64,000 nt of DNA, taken from an uncultured Chloroflexia bacterium. Lineage in GTDB: Bacteria; Chloroflexota; Limnocylindria; Limnocylindrales; CSP1-4. Of this stretch, positions 10,210 through 20,382 are shown in pieces. Made by a program: the position numbers and the translations under genes. Each line of letters begins with the position of its first letter. The first letter of the stretch is position 1. The notes beneath the pieces are model-generated. The model made no database searches and was not told the origin of the DNA. It saw nothing but the letters and a program-made list of their open reading frames with translations. Location of the stretch: contig CAVYBU010000027.1 of NCBI GenBank assembly GCA_963766735.1, positions 32,001-96,000 on the forward strand. The letters are read 5' to 3'.

Positions 10210-11133
10210 GTGAATCCGCTTCCCTCATGGCGCGAGGGTGACGCGAAGGGCGTCATCCTCGCCTTCGTGGAGCAGGTCACGGCGGAGGGGTCCCCGGGGT
10301 TCGTCCCGCCGGCCGCCCGCGTCGCCGTGTTCGACAACGACGGCACGCTGTGGTGCGAGCGGCCGATCTACCCCCAGGCCCTGTTCCTGCTGGACCGCCT
10401 TCAGGCGCAGGCCGCCGCGGACCCGGAGCTCGCGTCGCGGCCGGTCGTCCGGGCGCTCCTCGCGGGTGACGTGCACGGCGCGTTCGCGCTCGGGCTGGAC
10501 GCCGTCGCGGGTGTCCTCCTCAACACCCACGCGGGCTTCACCGTCGACGAGTTCGCCGAGGCGGCGGCCGCGTGGCTCGACACGGCCGTCGACCCCCGGT
10601 TCGGCGTCCCGTACACGCGGCTCGCCTACCGCCCGATGCTCGAGCTGCTGGACCTGCTGCGGGCGAATGCCTTCCGGGTGTTCATCGTCACCGGCGGCGG
10701 GGTGGAGTTCGTGCGCGCGATCAGCGAGCCTGTCTACGGCGTGCCTCCCGACGACATCGTCGGGACGGCGGTCGAGGTCGACGTGCAACGGCGCCACGGG
10801 CACATGGAGCTTGTGAGACGCGCGGCGCTGGCCGGCGGTGCCGTCAACGAGGGCGAGCCGAAGCCGCGCGCGATCCAGACGCACATCGGGCGGCGCCCGA
10901 TCCTCGCCGCCGGAAACTCCGCGGGCGACGCGGAGATGATCGAGTACGCCACCACGGGGCGGCTACCGTCCCTGGGCATCGTCATCGACCACGACGACGC
11001 CGAGCGCGAGTACGCCTACGAGGGCCGATCCGCCACCGATCCCGGGGCGGAGCCGGTCCTCGAGACCGCCGCGCGCCACGGCTGGACGGTGGTGAGCATG
11101 CACCGGGACTGGTCGACGATCTTCGGGCCGTAG
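10210..11133 (+). CDS. HAD-superfamily hydrolase (non-specific acid phosphatase type)
   Basis: FDNDGTLW motif I, VTGGG, GNSAGD and HDDAEREYAY. Confidence 0.88.
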   Translation: MNPLPSWREGDAKGVILAFVEQVTAEGSPGFVPPAARVAVFDNDGTLWCERPIYPQALFLLDRLQAQAAADPELASRPVVRALLAGDVHGAFALGLDAVAGVLLNTHAGFTVDEFAEAAAAWLDTAVDPRFGVPYTRLAYRPMLELLDLLRANAFRVFIVTGGGVEFVRAISEPVYGVPPDDIVGTAVEVDVQRRHGHMELVRRAALAGGAVNEGEPKPRAIQTHIGRRPILAAGNSAGDAEMIEYATTGRLPSLGIVIDHDDAEREYAYEGRSATDPGAEPVLETAARHGWTVVSMHRDWSTIFGP

Positions 11134-11142
11134 ACTGCGCCG

Positions 11143-12546
11143 ATGATCGATCCCGCCCGTCCCGCCCCTGCGCGCTTCCACGTCATGGCGAAGCCGACGG
11201 GCGCGATCTGCAATCTCGCCTGCTCGTACTGCTTCTTCCTCGACAAGGAGGCGATGACGCCCGGGTCGTCGTTCCGCATGTCGGACGAGGTCCTCGAAAC
11301 GTACGTCCGCGGGCTCATCGAGGCGCACCGAACGGACCGCGTGACGTTCGCGTGGCAGGGCGGTGAGCCGACGCTGATGGGCCTCGACTTCTACCGGCGG
11401 GCGGCGGAGCTGCAGGAGCGGTACCGCCGGCCGGGGATGACCTTCGAGAACACGATCCAGACCAACGGAACGCGGATCGACGAGGCCTGGGCGGCGTTCC
11501 TGGCCGAGCAGGGGTTCCTGGTCGGCATCTCGATCGACGGGCCGCGCGAGCTTCACGACGGCAACCGTGTCGACAAGGGTGGCAACGCCACCTTCGAGGA
11601 CGTCATGCGAGGCCTCCGCCTGCTCCAGGCGCACAAGGTCGAGTACAACGTCCTGACCACCGTCAACCGGCTCAACGCCGACTACCCGCTCGAGGTGTAC
11701 CGCTTCCTCCGCGACGAGGTGGGCACCGACTGGATGCAGTTCATCCCGGTGGTCGAGCGGCTCGACGCGGCCGGCCGGCCTGACCCGATGCACGGGACCA
11801 GGGTGTCATCCCGATCCGTCCGGGCGGAGCAGTTCGGCCGGTTCCTGACCACGATCTTCGACGAGTGGGTCCGGCACGACGTCGGGCGGGTGTTCGTGCA
11901 GACGTTCGAGGCGGCGATCCGCAACTTCCTCGGGGCGGCGGGCTCGGGATTGTGCGTTTTCAACGAGACCTGCGGCGCCGGGCTGGCGCTCGAGCACACC
12001 GGCGACCTCTACTCGTGCGACCACTTCGTGGAGCCGGAGCACCGGCTCGGGAACGTCCGCGAGATCCCGATGCTCGACCTCGTGGGCTCCGAGCAGCAGC
12101 GGGCGTTCGGGGCGGCCAAGCGGGACACGCTGCCGCGGATGTGCCGCGAGTGCGACGTCCGCTTCGCGTGCCACGGGGAGTGCCCGAAGAACCGCTTCCT
12201 GACGACGCCGGAGGGAGAGCCGGGGCTCAACTACCTGTGCGCCGGGTACATGTCGTTCTTCCGGCACGTCGACCGCCCCGCGCGGGTCATCACGCGGCTG
12301 CTCAAGACGGGCCGTGAGGCAGCAGAGGTCATGGCGCTGCTGCCCGCGTACGACGCGGAGCTGGCAGCAGCGGTCGCCGCGGCGGGGCGGAACGACCTGT
12401 GCCCCTGCGGCTCCAGGCAGAAGGTGAAGCGTTGCCACGGCAACACGACCGTGCCCGCCGGGCGCCCTCTGGCGTCGATCCCGCTGGGGATGCCGCGGCC
12501 GCCAGCGGTCCGCCGGTCGCCCCGAGGCGAGGCCGCAGCCGACTGA
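11143..12546 (+). CDS. Anaerobic sulfatase-maturating enzyme (radical SAM/SPASM) with C-terminal SEC-C motif
   Basis: CNLACSYC, QGGEP, SPASM cysteines (YSCDH, CRECDVRFACHGECPK) and GRNDLCPCGS...KRCHG. Confidence 0.93.
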   Translation: MIDPARPAPARFHVMAKPTGAICNLACSYCFFLDKEAMTPGSSFRMSDEVLETYVRGLIEAHRTDRVTFAWQGGEPTLMGLDFYRRAAELQERYRRPGMTFENTIQTNGTRIDEAWAAFLAEQGFLVGISIDGPRELHDGNRVDKGGNATFEDVMRGLRLLQAHKVEYNVLTTVNRLNADYPLEVYRFLRDEVGTDWMQFIPVVERLDAAGRPDPMHGTRVSSRSVRAEQFGRFLTTIFDEWVRHDVGRVFVQTFEAAIRNFLGAAGSGLCVFNETCGAGLALEHTGDLYSCDHFVEPEHRLGNVREIPMLDLVGSEQQRAFGAAKRDTLPRMCRECDVRFACHGECPKNRFLTTPEGEPGLNYLCAGYMSFFRHVDRPARVITRLLKTGREAAEVMALLPAYDAELAAAVAAAGRNDLCPCGSRQKVKRCHGNTTVPAGRPLASIPLGMPRPPAVRRSPRGEAAAD

Positions 12547-12654
12547 GGCAGGCGGCCAACCGGTCCGCGGCCGCGCGCCCCAGCGCCGACGGCTCGACAC
12601 CCTGCCGCCGGTGCATCTGCGATATTGACCGCTCACACACGGGAGGGGTAGGAG

Positions 12655-14334
12655 TTGGGACGCCGCTTCCCAATCCGGAAGGCCACGTTGCGCGAGGATG
12701 CCGTCGCGGGCCTCGTGCTTGGCGTGCAGAGCGTGCCCGACGGCCTCGCCACAGGGTTGCTCGCAGGGGTCAACCCGCTGGCGGGCCTCTACGCCTACAT
12801 GGTCGGCACGTTCACGGGTGCCCTGATCACCAGCTCCTCGTTCATGGCGATCCAGGGGACCGGTGCCATGGCGATGATCGTGACGGACATCCCCGGGGTG
12901 CACCGGTCCGCAGACGCCGAGCGGGCCCTGGTCACGCTCTCGGTGCTCACCGGCGCGATCATGCTCACGGCCGGGCTCCTGAAGCTCGGGTGGCTCCTGC
13001 GGTTCGTGTCCAACGCGGTGATGGTGGGGTTCATCAACGCGGTCGGCGTGAACATCGTCCTCGGCCAGCTCGCCAACTTCACGGGTTACGACGCCGAGGG
13101 CGCGAACCGCATCGTCCGGACCTTCAACACGCTCGTCAACCCGGGCCAGATCGACGTGCAGACGGCGGTGATCGGGTTCGCAACCATCGCCCTGATCCTC
13201 CTGTTCGAGCGGACGAGGGTCGGGGCCCTGGGGCTCGTGGTGGCGGTGGTGATCGCCTCGGCCGGCGCGCTGCTCCTCGGCTGGCAGGTCGCCACGCTCA
13301 ACGACCTCGGTGTCGTCGCCAGCTCGCTGCCGCGGCCGGAGGCACCGCTGCTCAGCATCATTCCCCCGCTGATCGTGCCCGCGGCGTCGCTGGCGTTCAT
13401 CGGCCTGGTCCAGGGCGCGAGCATCACCGCTAACTTCCCCAACGAGGACGGCAGCTACGGCGACGTGTCGCGCGACTTCGTGGGGCAGGGCGCAGCCAAC
13501 GTGGCCTCCGGGATCCTCCAGGGGATGCCCGTCGGAGGGTCGGTCTCGGCGTCGGCGATCAACAAGGCCGCCGGCGCCCGCTCGCGGCAGTCGCTCCTGA
13601 TCGCCGGCCTCGTGATGGCAGTCGTGATCGTCGCCTTCGGGGAGGTGGTCGGCTACGTCGCCATGCCCGCCCTCGCCGGCCTGCTCATGCTCATCGGCTT
13701 CCGAACCGTCAAGCCGGACGACCTCAAGTCGGTGTGGCGGACCGGCAACGTCCAGAAGGTCGTCCTTGTGGTGACCTTCCTGCTGACGATGATCGTGCCG
13801 CTCCAGTACGCCGTGCTGGTCGGAGTCGGGGTCTCGGTGATCCTGTACGTCGTCCGGCAGTCGAACAAGATCACGATCCAGCGGTGGCAGCTCGATCCGG
13901 CCGGGCATGTCATCGAGATGACGCCCCCCGCCACCCTCGAGGCCGACGAGGTGGTCGTCCTCCAGCCCTACGGCAGCCTGTTCTTTGCCGCAGCGCCGGT
14001 GTTCGAGACGCTCCTGCCGGCCGTGACCGACGCCTCGCGCAACAGCGTTGTGATCGTCCGGTTGCGCGGCCGGACCGACCTGGGGACGACGTTCATGGAC
14101 GTGCTCTACCGCTATGCGCTGAGCCTCGCGGCGATGGACAGCAAGCTCGTCGTCGTGTCCACGAACGAGCGGATCGACGAGCAACTGGGCGTGTCCGGGG
14201 TCACGGCGGTGATCGGCACCGGGAACGTCTACGCCGGCGACCACCGGGTGGGCGCCGCCATCCGGCGCGCCTACGACGACGCGCTGGCCTGGGTGGCCGC
14301 CAATCGGGATCCCAACACCTTCGCCCCGAGGTGA
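12655..14334 (+). CDS. SulP-family anion permease with STAS domain
   Basis: DAVAGLVLG...VPDGLA...AGLYA N-terminus, multiple TMs, and a STAS segment YGSLFFAAA. Confidence 0.9.
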   Translation: MGRRFPIRKATLREDAVAGLVLGVQSVPDGLATGLLAGVNPLAGLYAYMVGTFTGALITSSSFMAIQGTGAMAMIVTDIPGVHRSADAERALVTLSVLTGAIMLTAGLLKLGWLLRFVSNAVMVGFINAVGVNIVLGQLANFTGYDAEGANRIVRTFNTLVNPGQIDVQTAVIGFATIALILLFERTRVGALGLVVAVVIASAGALLLGWQVATLNDLGVVASSLPRPEAPLLSIIPPLIVPAASLAFIGLVQGASITANFPNEDGSYGDVSRDFVGQGAANVASGILQGMPVGGSVSASAINKAAGARSRQSLLIAGLVMAVVIVAFGEVVGYVAMPALAGLLMLIGFRTVKPDDLKSVWRTGNVQKVVLVVTFLLTMIVPLQYAVLVGVGVSVILYVVRQSNKITIQRWQLDPAGHVIEMTPPATLEADEVVVLQPYGSLFFAAAPVFETLLPAVTDASRNSVVIVRLRGRTDLGTTFMDVLYRYALSLAAMDSKLVVVSTNERIDEQLGVSGVTAVIGTGNVYAGDHRVGAAIRRAYDDALAWVAANRDPNTFAPR

Positions 14335-14483
14335 GCGGCTGCGGATCAGCAGCGCGCCGACGGCAGCCTGCGGCCAGATGGCCCGCCTTGGTGCATTTCG
14401 GACCTGCCGGGTAACGTAGGTCCACGGACCGTGCGGCCGCCCGGATCGCCTCGCAGATGCCGCGCGAACACATGGAGGATCAG

Positions 14484-16349
14484 GTGACTGCATCCATCGT
14501 CTCGGACAGCATTCGCCAGGCAAACGCAGCCCTGCTCGATGAGCTGCCATTCGATGACGAGCAGGACTTCGAGGATGCGAACCGGGGCTTCGTCGGCCGG
14601 CTGGACCCGTGTGTCGTCCGCGCCGCAGACGGCCGGGTCGTCTGGGACAACGAGTCATACCGCTCGTTCCTGACCGGACCCGCACCGGCGTCGGTCAACC
14701 CGAGCCTGTGGCGCCAGTCGACCCTCAACACCATCGACGGGCTGTTCGAGGTGGTCCCGGGCATCTACCAGGTCCGCGGCTTCGACCTCTCGAACATCAC
14801 CTTCGTCGAGGGCGAGACCGGCGTGCTCGTCATCGACCCGCTGATCAGCGTCGAGACGGCGGCGGCGGCCCTGGCCCTCTATCGCACGCACCGCGGCGAT
14901 CGGCCGGTCATCGGGGTCATCTACACCCATTGCCACGCCGACCACTTCGGCGGCGTCCGTGGCGTCGCGATCCCGGCCGACATCGAGGCCGGCCGATGCC
15001 CGATCATCGCGCCAGACGGCTTCCTTGAGCACGCCGTGGCCGAGAACGTCTACGCCGGCACCGCGATGACACGGCGGGCCGGCTACATGTACGGCGCCGC
15101 GCTCGCGCGTGGTCCCGAGGGCCAGGTTGGAGCCGGGCTCGCCCAGACGACCTCGACGGGCACGTTCTCGCTCATCGCCCCGACTGACAGCGTCACCCGG
15201 ACCGGCGAGGAGCGCGTCGTGGACGGGATCCGTCTGGAGTTCCAGCTCACGCCGGGAACCGAGGCTCCCGCGGAGATGAACATCCTGTTCCCCGATCACG
15301 ATGCCCTGTGCATGGCGGAGAACGCGACCCACGTCCTCCACAACATCCTGACGATCCGCGGTGCGGTGGTCCGTGATGCCCGGGTCTGGTCGCAATACAT
15401 CACCGAGGCGATGGATCACTTCGGCGACCGGATGGACACCGTCTTCGCCTCGCACCACTGGCCGACCTGGGGCCGGGAGCGCGCCCTCGGGTTCCTCGCC
15501 CTCCAGCGGGACCTGTACGCCTACCTCCACGATCAGACGCTGCGGATGCTCAACAAGGGCATGACCGGGATCGAGATCGCGGAGGAGATGGTCCTGCCGC
15601 CCGCGCTCGGGAACGCGTGGCACGCTCGGGGCTACTACGGCTCGGTGAGCCACAACGTCAAGGCCATCTACCAGCGCTACATGGGCTGGTACGACGGCAA
15701 CCCGGCCCACCTGTGGCAGCTCGTTCCCGTCGAGGCCGGCAAGCGCTACGTGGCGGCCCTGGGCGGCGCCGATGCCGTTCTTGCCCAGGGTCGCACCGCG
15801 TTCGCGGCGGGCGACTTCCGGTGGGCAGCCGAGCTCGTCAACCACCTCGTGTTCGCGGAGCCGGACAACGAGGCGGCCAAGGCGCTTCAGGCGGACGCTC
15901 TGGAGCAGCTCGGGTTCGGCACGGAGAACGGGACCTGGCGGTCTGCCTATCTCGCCGGCGCGACCGAGCTTCGGCATGGCTCGTTCGGCACGCCCATTTC
16001 CGCGGTCACGCCCGACCTCATGGCCGCGCTCACGCCAGAGCAGGTCTTCGACGCGATCGCCATCCGCGTGGATGGCCCGCGCGCCTGGGACGAGACGCTG
16101 GCGATCGGCGTCGTGCTGACGGATGTTGGCGTATCCCACCGCCTCGATCTCCGCAATGGGGTCCTCGTCCACCACCTCGCACCGGCCGATGGTGCCGACG
16201 TCATCCTCAGGGCCCCACGGGCCGCGTTGCCGGGGCTGCTGGCGGGTGTGACCGAGGGCATCGGGATCGAGGGCGATGCGTCGGTGCTCGGGCGGTTGAT
16301 GGCCGTCCTGGACGCCCCGGACCCGGACTTCGCGATCGTCACCCCCTGA
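14484..16349 (+). CDS. Alkyl/aryl sulfatase, MBL fold (SdsA1/Pisa1/BDS1-like)
   Basis: THCHADHFGG (HxHxDH), TPGTEAPAEM, SHHWP and RGYYG, with a C-terminal SCP2-like domain. SD GGAGG precedes GTG 14484. Confidence 0.92.
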   Translation: MTASIVSDSIRQANAALLDELPFDDEQDFEDANRGFVGRLDPCVVRAADGRVVWDNESYRSFLTGPAPASVNPSLWRQSTLNTIDGLFEVVPGIYQVRGFDLSNITFVEGETGVLVIDPLISVETAAAALALYRTHRGDRPVIGVIYTHCHADHFGGVRGVAIPADIEAGRCPIIAPDGFLEHAVAENVYAGTAMTRRAGYMYGAALARGPEGQVGAGLAQTTSTGTFSLIAPTDSVTRTGEERVVDGIRLEFQLTPGTEAPAEMNILFPDHDALCMAENATHVLHNILTIRGAVVRDARVWSQYITEAMDHFGDRMDTVFASHHWPTWGRERALGFLALQRDLYAYLHDQTLRMLNKGMTGIEIAEEMVLPPALGNAWHARGYYGSVSHNVKAIYQRYMGWYDGNPAHLWQLVPVEAGKRYVAALGGADAVLAQGRTAFAAGDFRWAAELVNHLVFAEPDNEAAKALQADALEQLGFGTENGTWRSAYLAGATELRHGSFGTPISAVTPDLMAALTPEQVFDAIAIRVDGPRAWDETLAIGVVLTDVGVSHRLDLRNGVLVHHLAPADGADVILRAPRAALPGLLAGVTEGIGIEGDASVLGRLMAVLDAPDPDFAIVTP

Positions 16350-16353
16350 CCGG

Positions 16354-17133
16354 TCACGCGGCCTCGAACGATCGCTTCGAGAGGCCGACGAAGAAGCCCT
16401 CGATTGCCGTCTTCGGGGCTTCGTCCGGCTTCGCCGCGGCGCCCAGGGTCACGAACAGCGGGGCAAGGTGCTCCACCGTCGGGTGCGCGTACGGCATTCC
16501 CGGGGCCTTGTCGCGGAACGCGAACAGCGTGTCGATGTCCCCGCGGGCCAGTGCCTCGGCGGCCCAGCGATCGAACTCGATCGACCACTGCGGGGCGCCC
16601 GGCTTGCCGGCGAAGTACTCGCCGATGTACGGGAGGCCGTGGGTCATGAACCCGGACCCGATGATCAGGACACCTTCGTCGCGCAAGGGCGCCAGCTGCC
16701 GGCCCACCTCGAACAGGTGCGCCGGATCCAGGTCCGGCATCGACATCTGGAGCACGGGTATGTCCGCTTCGGGGTACATCGCCATCATGGGCACCCATGC
16801 TCCGTGGTCCAGCCCCCGGGCTGGGCGATCCAGGACCGGCTCGTTCGCGGGCATCAGGGCCCTGACGGTCGCCGCCAGCTCGGGCGCGCCCGGGGCGCGG
16901 TACTCCAGGTCGTAGTAGCGCTGCGGGAACCCGTAGAAGTCGTAGACGAGCGGAACGGTGGTGGTCGCACCGATTGCCATCGGCGCGGTCTGCCAGTGGG
17001 CGCTGACGATGAGCACGGCCTTCGGGCGGGGGAGCGAGGCCGACCAGCCGGCGAGCTGGCCCATCCACAGGGGATCGTCCAGGAGCGGTGGCGCGCCGTG
17101 GCCGAGGTAGAGGGCGGGAAGCGGGTCGGTCAT
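16354..17133 (-). CDS. DODA-type extradiol dioxygenase (LigB/YgiD family)
   Basis: HGAP, SAHW, YDFYGFP, GLDHGAW, GSGFMTH and AHPTVEHLAPL. Confidence 0.9.
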   Translation of the reverse strand: MTDPLPALYLGHGAPPLLDDPLWMGQLAGWSASLPRPKAVLIVSAHWQTAPMAIGATTTVPLVYDFYGFPQRYYDLEYRAPGAPELAATVRALMPANEPVLDRPARGLDHGAWVPMMAMYPEADIPVLQMSMPDLDPAHLFEVGRQLAPLRDEGVLIIGSGFMTHGLPYIGEYFAGKPGAPQWSIEFDRWAAEALARGDIDTLFAFRDKAPGMPYAHPTVEHLAPLFVTLGAAAKPDEAPKTAIEGFFVGLSKRSFEAA

Positions 17134-17182
17134 GGGGCTGGGCGTTCCTGCGGGGCGCTGTCATCCCCAACGGTAGACGACG

Positions 17183-17202
17183 TTGCTTGACTGCGCAACT
17201 AC
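17183..17202 (-). promoter_or_regulatory. Possible operator upstream of the dioxygenase
   Basis: Imperfect palindrome TAGTTGCGCAGTCAAGCA on the minus strand (TTG-N6-CAA), just upstream of a -10-like TACCGT. Confidence 0.3.
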
Positions 17203-17236
17203 AGATGCACGGTCCGGCCCAAGACGCTGCGGTCCG

Positions 17237-18487
17237 TCACCCGCGCCGCAGACGGCCCAGCAGCGATCGTGGCGATCTCGCGGCCCGGAGCCGCCGGGCC
17301 AGGGACGCGGCAAGCGCCTCGTACTCCTCGGGCCGGTTGTAGTGCTGGGCGGAGACGCGCACGATCGCGGTCGAAGGCGCTTCGCCTGTCGGGAGCGCCG
17401 CCGGGACGGGGAACGGGAACACCGCCACCTCGATCCGCTCCTCGTCGAACAGCGCCGCCTGGAGCGCCGAGGCCGCGACCGGCGTGGCCGCGAGGCCTCC
17501 CAGCGGCACTGCGGCCATCGACCCCAGCATCGTGTCCGGGGTGGGCGCCGGGACCTCGAGCGCCGTGCACAGCCGGTCACGGGCGTCCCGCGCGAGGGCT
17601 GCGTTCGCCGCCATCAGGCCCGGCCAGCCGTCTGCGTGCAACCCGCCGACGTAGCGGATCGCCGCCGGGATCGAGAGCCACGGCGTGGGATCGGTCGTGC
17701 CGGTCCAATCGAAGGTGAGCCGGAACCGGGATCGGTCGGTGCGGCCTGAGTTCGCGCCGTGCGACGTCACCAGGGGACGCATCGCCGGACGAACGTCGGC
17801 GCGCACGTGCAGCATGCCCGCACCCTTCGGCGCACACATCCACTTGTGCGCGTTGCCGGTCCAGTACGCCGCCCCCAGTGCCTCCAGGCCGACCGGCACC
17901 ATCCCGGGCGCGTGGGCCGCATCGACCAGCGTGTCGACGCCCCGCCGGTTCAGCTCCCGTACCAGCGCCGCGACCGGCAACACGAGGGCCGTCGGCGAGG
18001 TGACGTGGCTGACCAGCGCGAACCGGGTCCGCGGCTTGACCGCGTCCAGGTAGGCCTCCAGGGCCTGGGCAGGGTCCTGGATCGGGAAGGGGATGTGGAC
18101 GATGACGACGGTTGCCCCGTCCCGCTCTGCCGCAGCCCTGAGTGCGTTGAGCGTGGCGTTGTACTCGTGGTCGGAGGCGATGAGCTCGTCGCCCGGCTTG
18201 AACCGGACCGATGCGAGGACGGTGGACACGCCGGTCGTGGCGTTGGGGACGAAGGCGAGGCCGTCCGGGTCCGCCTCCAGGAACGCGGCCAGATCCGCCC
18301 TGGCCTGGTCCAGGTGCCCCTCGAGCTCGCGGTCCAGGAACCGGACGGGCTCCTGCTCCATCCGGTCCCGCCACGCTCGCTGGGCCTCAAGGACAGGCTC
18401 CGGGCACGCCCCAAACGAGCCGTGATTGAGGAACGAGATGTCCGGCGCCAGAAGCCAGGGCGATCGGTCGAAGGTGCGATGGGTCAC
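17237..18487 (-). CDS. Aminotransferase class V (isopenicillin-N epimerase / EgtE-like C-S lyase)
   Basis: LNHGSFGACP, DAAHAPG, GNAHKWMCAPKG and FDWTGT. Confidence 0.88.
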   Translation of the reverse strand: MTHRTFDRSPWLLAPDISFLNHGSFGACPEPVLEAQRAWRDRMEQEPVRFLDRELEGHLDQARADLAAFLEADPDGLAFVPNATTGVSTVLASVRFKPGDELIASDHEYNATLNALRAAAERDGATVVIVHIPFPIQDPAQALEAYLDAVKPRTRFALVSHVTSPTALVLPVAALVRELNRRGVDTLVDAAHAPGMVPVGLEALGAAYWTGNAHKWMCAPKGAGMLHVRADVRPAMRPLVTSHGANSGRTDRSRFRLTFDWTGTTDPTPWLSIPAAIRYVGGLHADGWPGLMAANAALARDARDRLCTALEVPAPTPDTMLGSMAAVPLGGLAATPVAASALQAALFDEERIEVAVFPFPVPAALPTGEAPSTAIVRVSAQHYNRPEEYEALAASLARRLRAARSPRSLLGRLRRG

Positions 18488-18536
18488 AGCGCGACGATAG
18501 CCCACCGCGCGGTCCGCCGGAGCCCCGGCAGTCGCC

Positions 18537-18983
18537 CTATCGGGGGTCGGACTCCTTGCTCGGCCCCGATGTCGCGGCTTCCTTCGCGTCGCCTGCTTCG
18601 GCCAGGTCGTTCGGGTCGTCCGCGCCGTCCGCGTCGGCATGCCCCCGCGGGGCCCCGTTCGGTTCTCGAGGTGGCTCTGGCAGGCTCGGTGCCGGCCTGG
18701 GCGTCACGTCGATGATCACGCCCTGGTCCGGCCGCCGGCCCCGCAGGACCCGCGCCAGGCGTTCCGGTCCGGCAACGAACGGCGCCACGTACAGCAGGAC
18801 CAGGATCGGCAGCAGGAGCCGGAATGGGCCCGGGAACCGCACTCCGACGAAGATGCCGAGCGCGTAGATGATCCAGGCGGTGGCCAGCGAGCGGCTCGGC
18901 CAGCCCGCGCGGTAGAGGCGCCAGACTGGCAGCAGCGCCAGCAGACCGGCGACGAGGAATGTGAGCAGCAGGGCGGGTTGCAT
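18537..18983 (-). CDS. Hypothetical membrane protein
   Basis: Three hydrophobic segments followed by an acidic tail. A -10-like TATCAT lies upstream. Confidence 0.65.
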   Translation of the reverse strand: MQPALLLTFLVAGLLALLPVWRLYRAGWPSRSLATAWIIYALGIFVGVRFPGPFRLLLPILVLLYVAPFVAGPERLARVLRGRRPDQGVIIDVTPRPAPSLPEPPREPNGAPRGHADADGADDPNDLAEAGDAKEAATSGPSKESDPR

Positions 18984-19092
18984 CGCGTGCCGATGATACG
19001 GCCCGGTCCCGGAGCGTGGTCCGACGAGGGGGGCGGGGGCGGCTCGTCGGCTACGATTGGGCGCCCCCAATCCCGCACCGGCCCTGATATCC

Positions 19093-20382
19093 GTGACCCT
19101 TCGTTTCCGCGCCTGGCTCTACCGCTGGGGCCCGATCCTGCCGCTCCTCATCGCCGAGGCCACCATCTGGCTCGGCTTCGGGGCGCTCCTGCCGATCCTC
19201 CCGATCTATTTCGTCGAGCACGGCGTGGATCTGCCGACCCTGGGGGTCGTGGTCGCGGCGTGGCCGGCGGCCCGGCTGATCGGCGAGCCGGTCTTCGGGT
19301 GGGTCGCCGACCGTTCCTCGCGCAAGATGATGATGGTCGTGGGGCTGTTGCTGACGGCCGGGGTCGCCGTCATGCCGCTGTTCATCGTCGGGCCTCTGGC
19401 GTTCATCGTCCTGCGAGGGCTCGCGGGACTGTTCGCCTCGATCTACGATCCGGCCGCCCGTGGGTACCTCGTGCAGGCCAACCCCCCTGAGCGCCAGGGC
19501 GAGACATTTGGCTACTACGGGGCCGCTCAGGTCGGCGGGTTCATGATCGGTCCGGCCATCGGCGGTATCGCCGCGTCGATCGCGGGCGACCCCACGGTCG
19601 TCTTCTGGGTGGCGGGTGTCACGGCCCTCATCTCGGCCATGCTGGTTGCAGCGCGGGTCCGCGACCTCCCGAACTCGCCGCGCGTGCATGCGACGGCCCC
19701 CTCTTCCGCGTCCGAGCACGCGCCGGTCGTCGCCGATGGTCCGTCCGGCGGCCGGCTCCTCAACCGCCTCCTGGTCGCCGCGATCGTGTTCAACGTCGGC
19801 AGCTTCTTCGCCAGCGGCAGCTACGAGGTGGTCTGGAGCCTGTACCTCACCAGCCTCGGGGCCAGCCTTGACGTGATCGGGCTGACGTTTGCCACCTTCT
19901 CCCTGCCGGTCCTGCTGCTGTCCCCGTTCGCCGGCCGCTTCATCGACCAGAAGGGCGGGTTCGTCGCGCTCGTCGTCGGGATGGCCGGGATCGCCGTCTG
20001 CGGGGTGCTCTACCCGGCCATCCCGGAGATCTGGTTCGTGGCAGTCCTTGGTGTGGCCGAGGGCGTCGCGTTCGCGCTCGCCTCGCCGGCGCTGTACATG
20101 CTGGTGGCCCGGGCCTCCCCGCCCGGCCGCAGCTCAACCGCCCAGGGCCTGTTCGGGGCGGCGGGGACCCTCGGCATGGTCGTGGCCTCGCTGGCGGCCG
20201 GCCTCCTCGCGGCGGAGGACCTGCGCTACCCGTACTACGCGGCCGGCATCGGCACGGGTGTGGCGCTGCTGCTGGGCCTCGCAGTCGGCCGCCGGCGGCT
20301 GTGGGAGGCGATGCAGCCCAGCCACCTGGCCCCGATGCCGGCGTCGACGGCCGCCCCGTCGCTCGAGGAGGTCCCGGGTTGA
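19093..20382 (+). CDS. MFS transporter (DHA1-like)
   Basis: About 12 TMs, motif A-like GWVADRSSRK and motif C-like IGPAIGG. Confidence 0.9.
   Translation: MTLRFRAWLYRWGPILPLLIAEATIWLGFGALLPILPIYFVEHGVDLPTLGVVVAAWPAARLIGEPVFGWVADRSSRKMMMVVGLLLTAGVAVMPLFIVGPLAFIVLRGLAGLFASIYDPAARGYLVQANPPERQGETFGYYGAAQVGGFMIGPAIGGIAASIAGDPTVVFWVAGVTALISAMLVAARVRDLPNSPRVHATAPSSASEHAPVVADGPSGGRLLNRLLVAAIVFNVGSFFASGSYEVVWSLYLTSLGASLDVIGLTFATFSLPVLLLSPFAGRFIDQKGGFVALVVGMAGIAVCGVLYPAIPEIWFVAVLGVAEGVAFALASPALYMLVARASPPGRSSTAQGLFGAAGTLGMVVASLAAGLLAAEDLRYPYYAAGIGTGVALLLGLAVGRRRLWEAMQPSHLAPMPASTAAPSLEEVPG

Noticed and set aside
11143-12546. Radical SAM/SPASM as a RiPP maturase for the small peptides
   Set aside because: Its motifs and position next to a Cys-type sulfatase identify it as anSME. 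The peptides are more than 22 kb away.
11806-14685. 959-aa antisense ORF and similar long shadow ORFs elsewhere
   Set aside because: They are stop-poor antisense frames of real high-GC genes.
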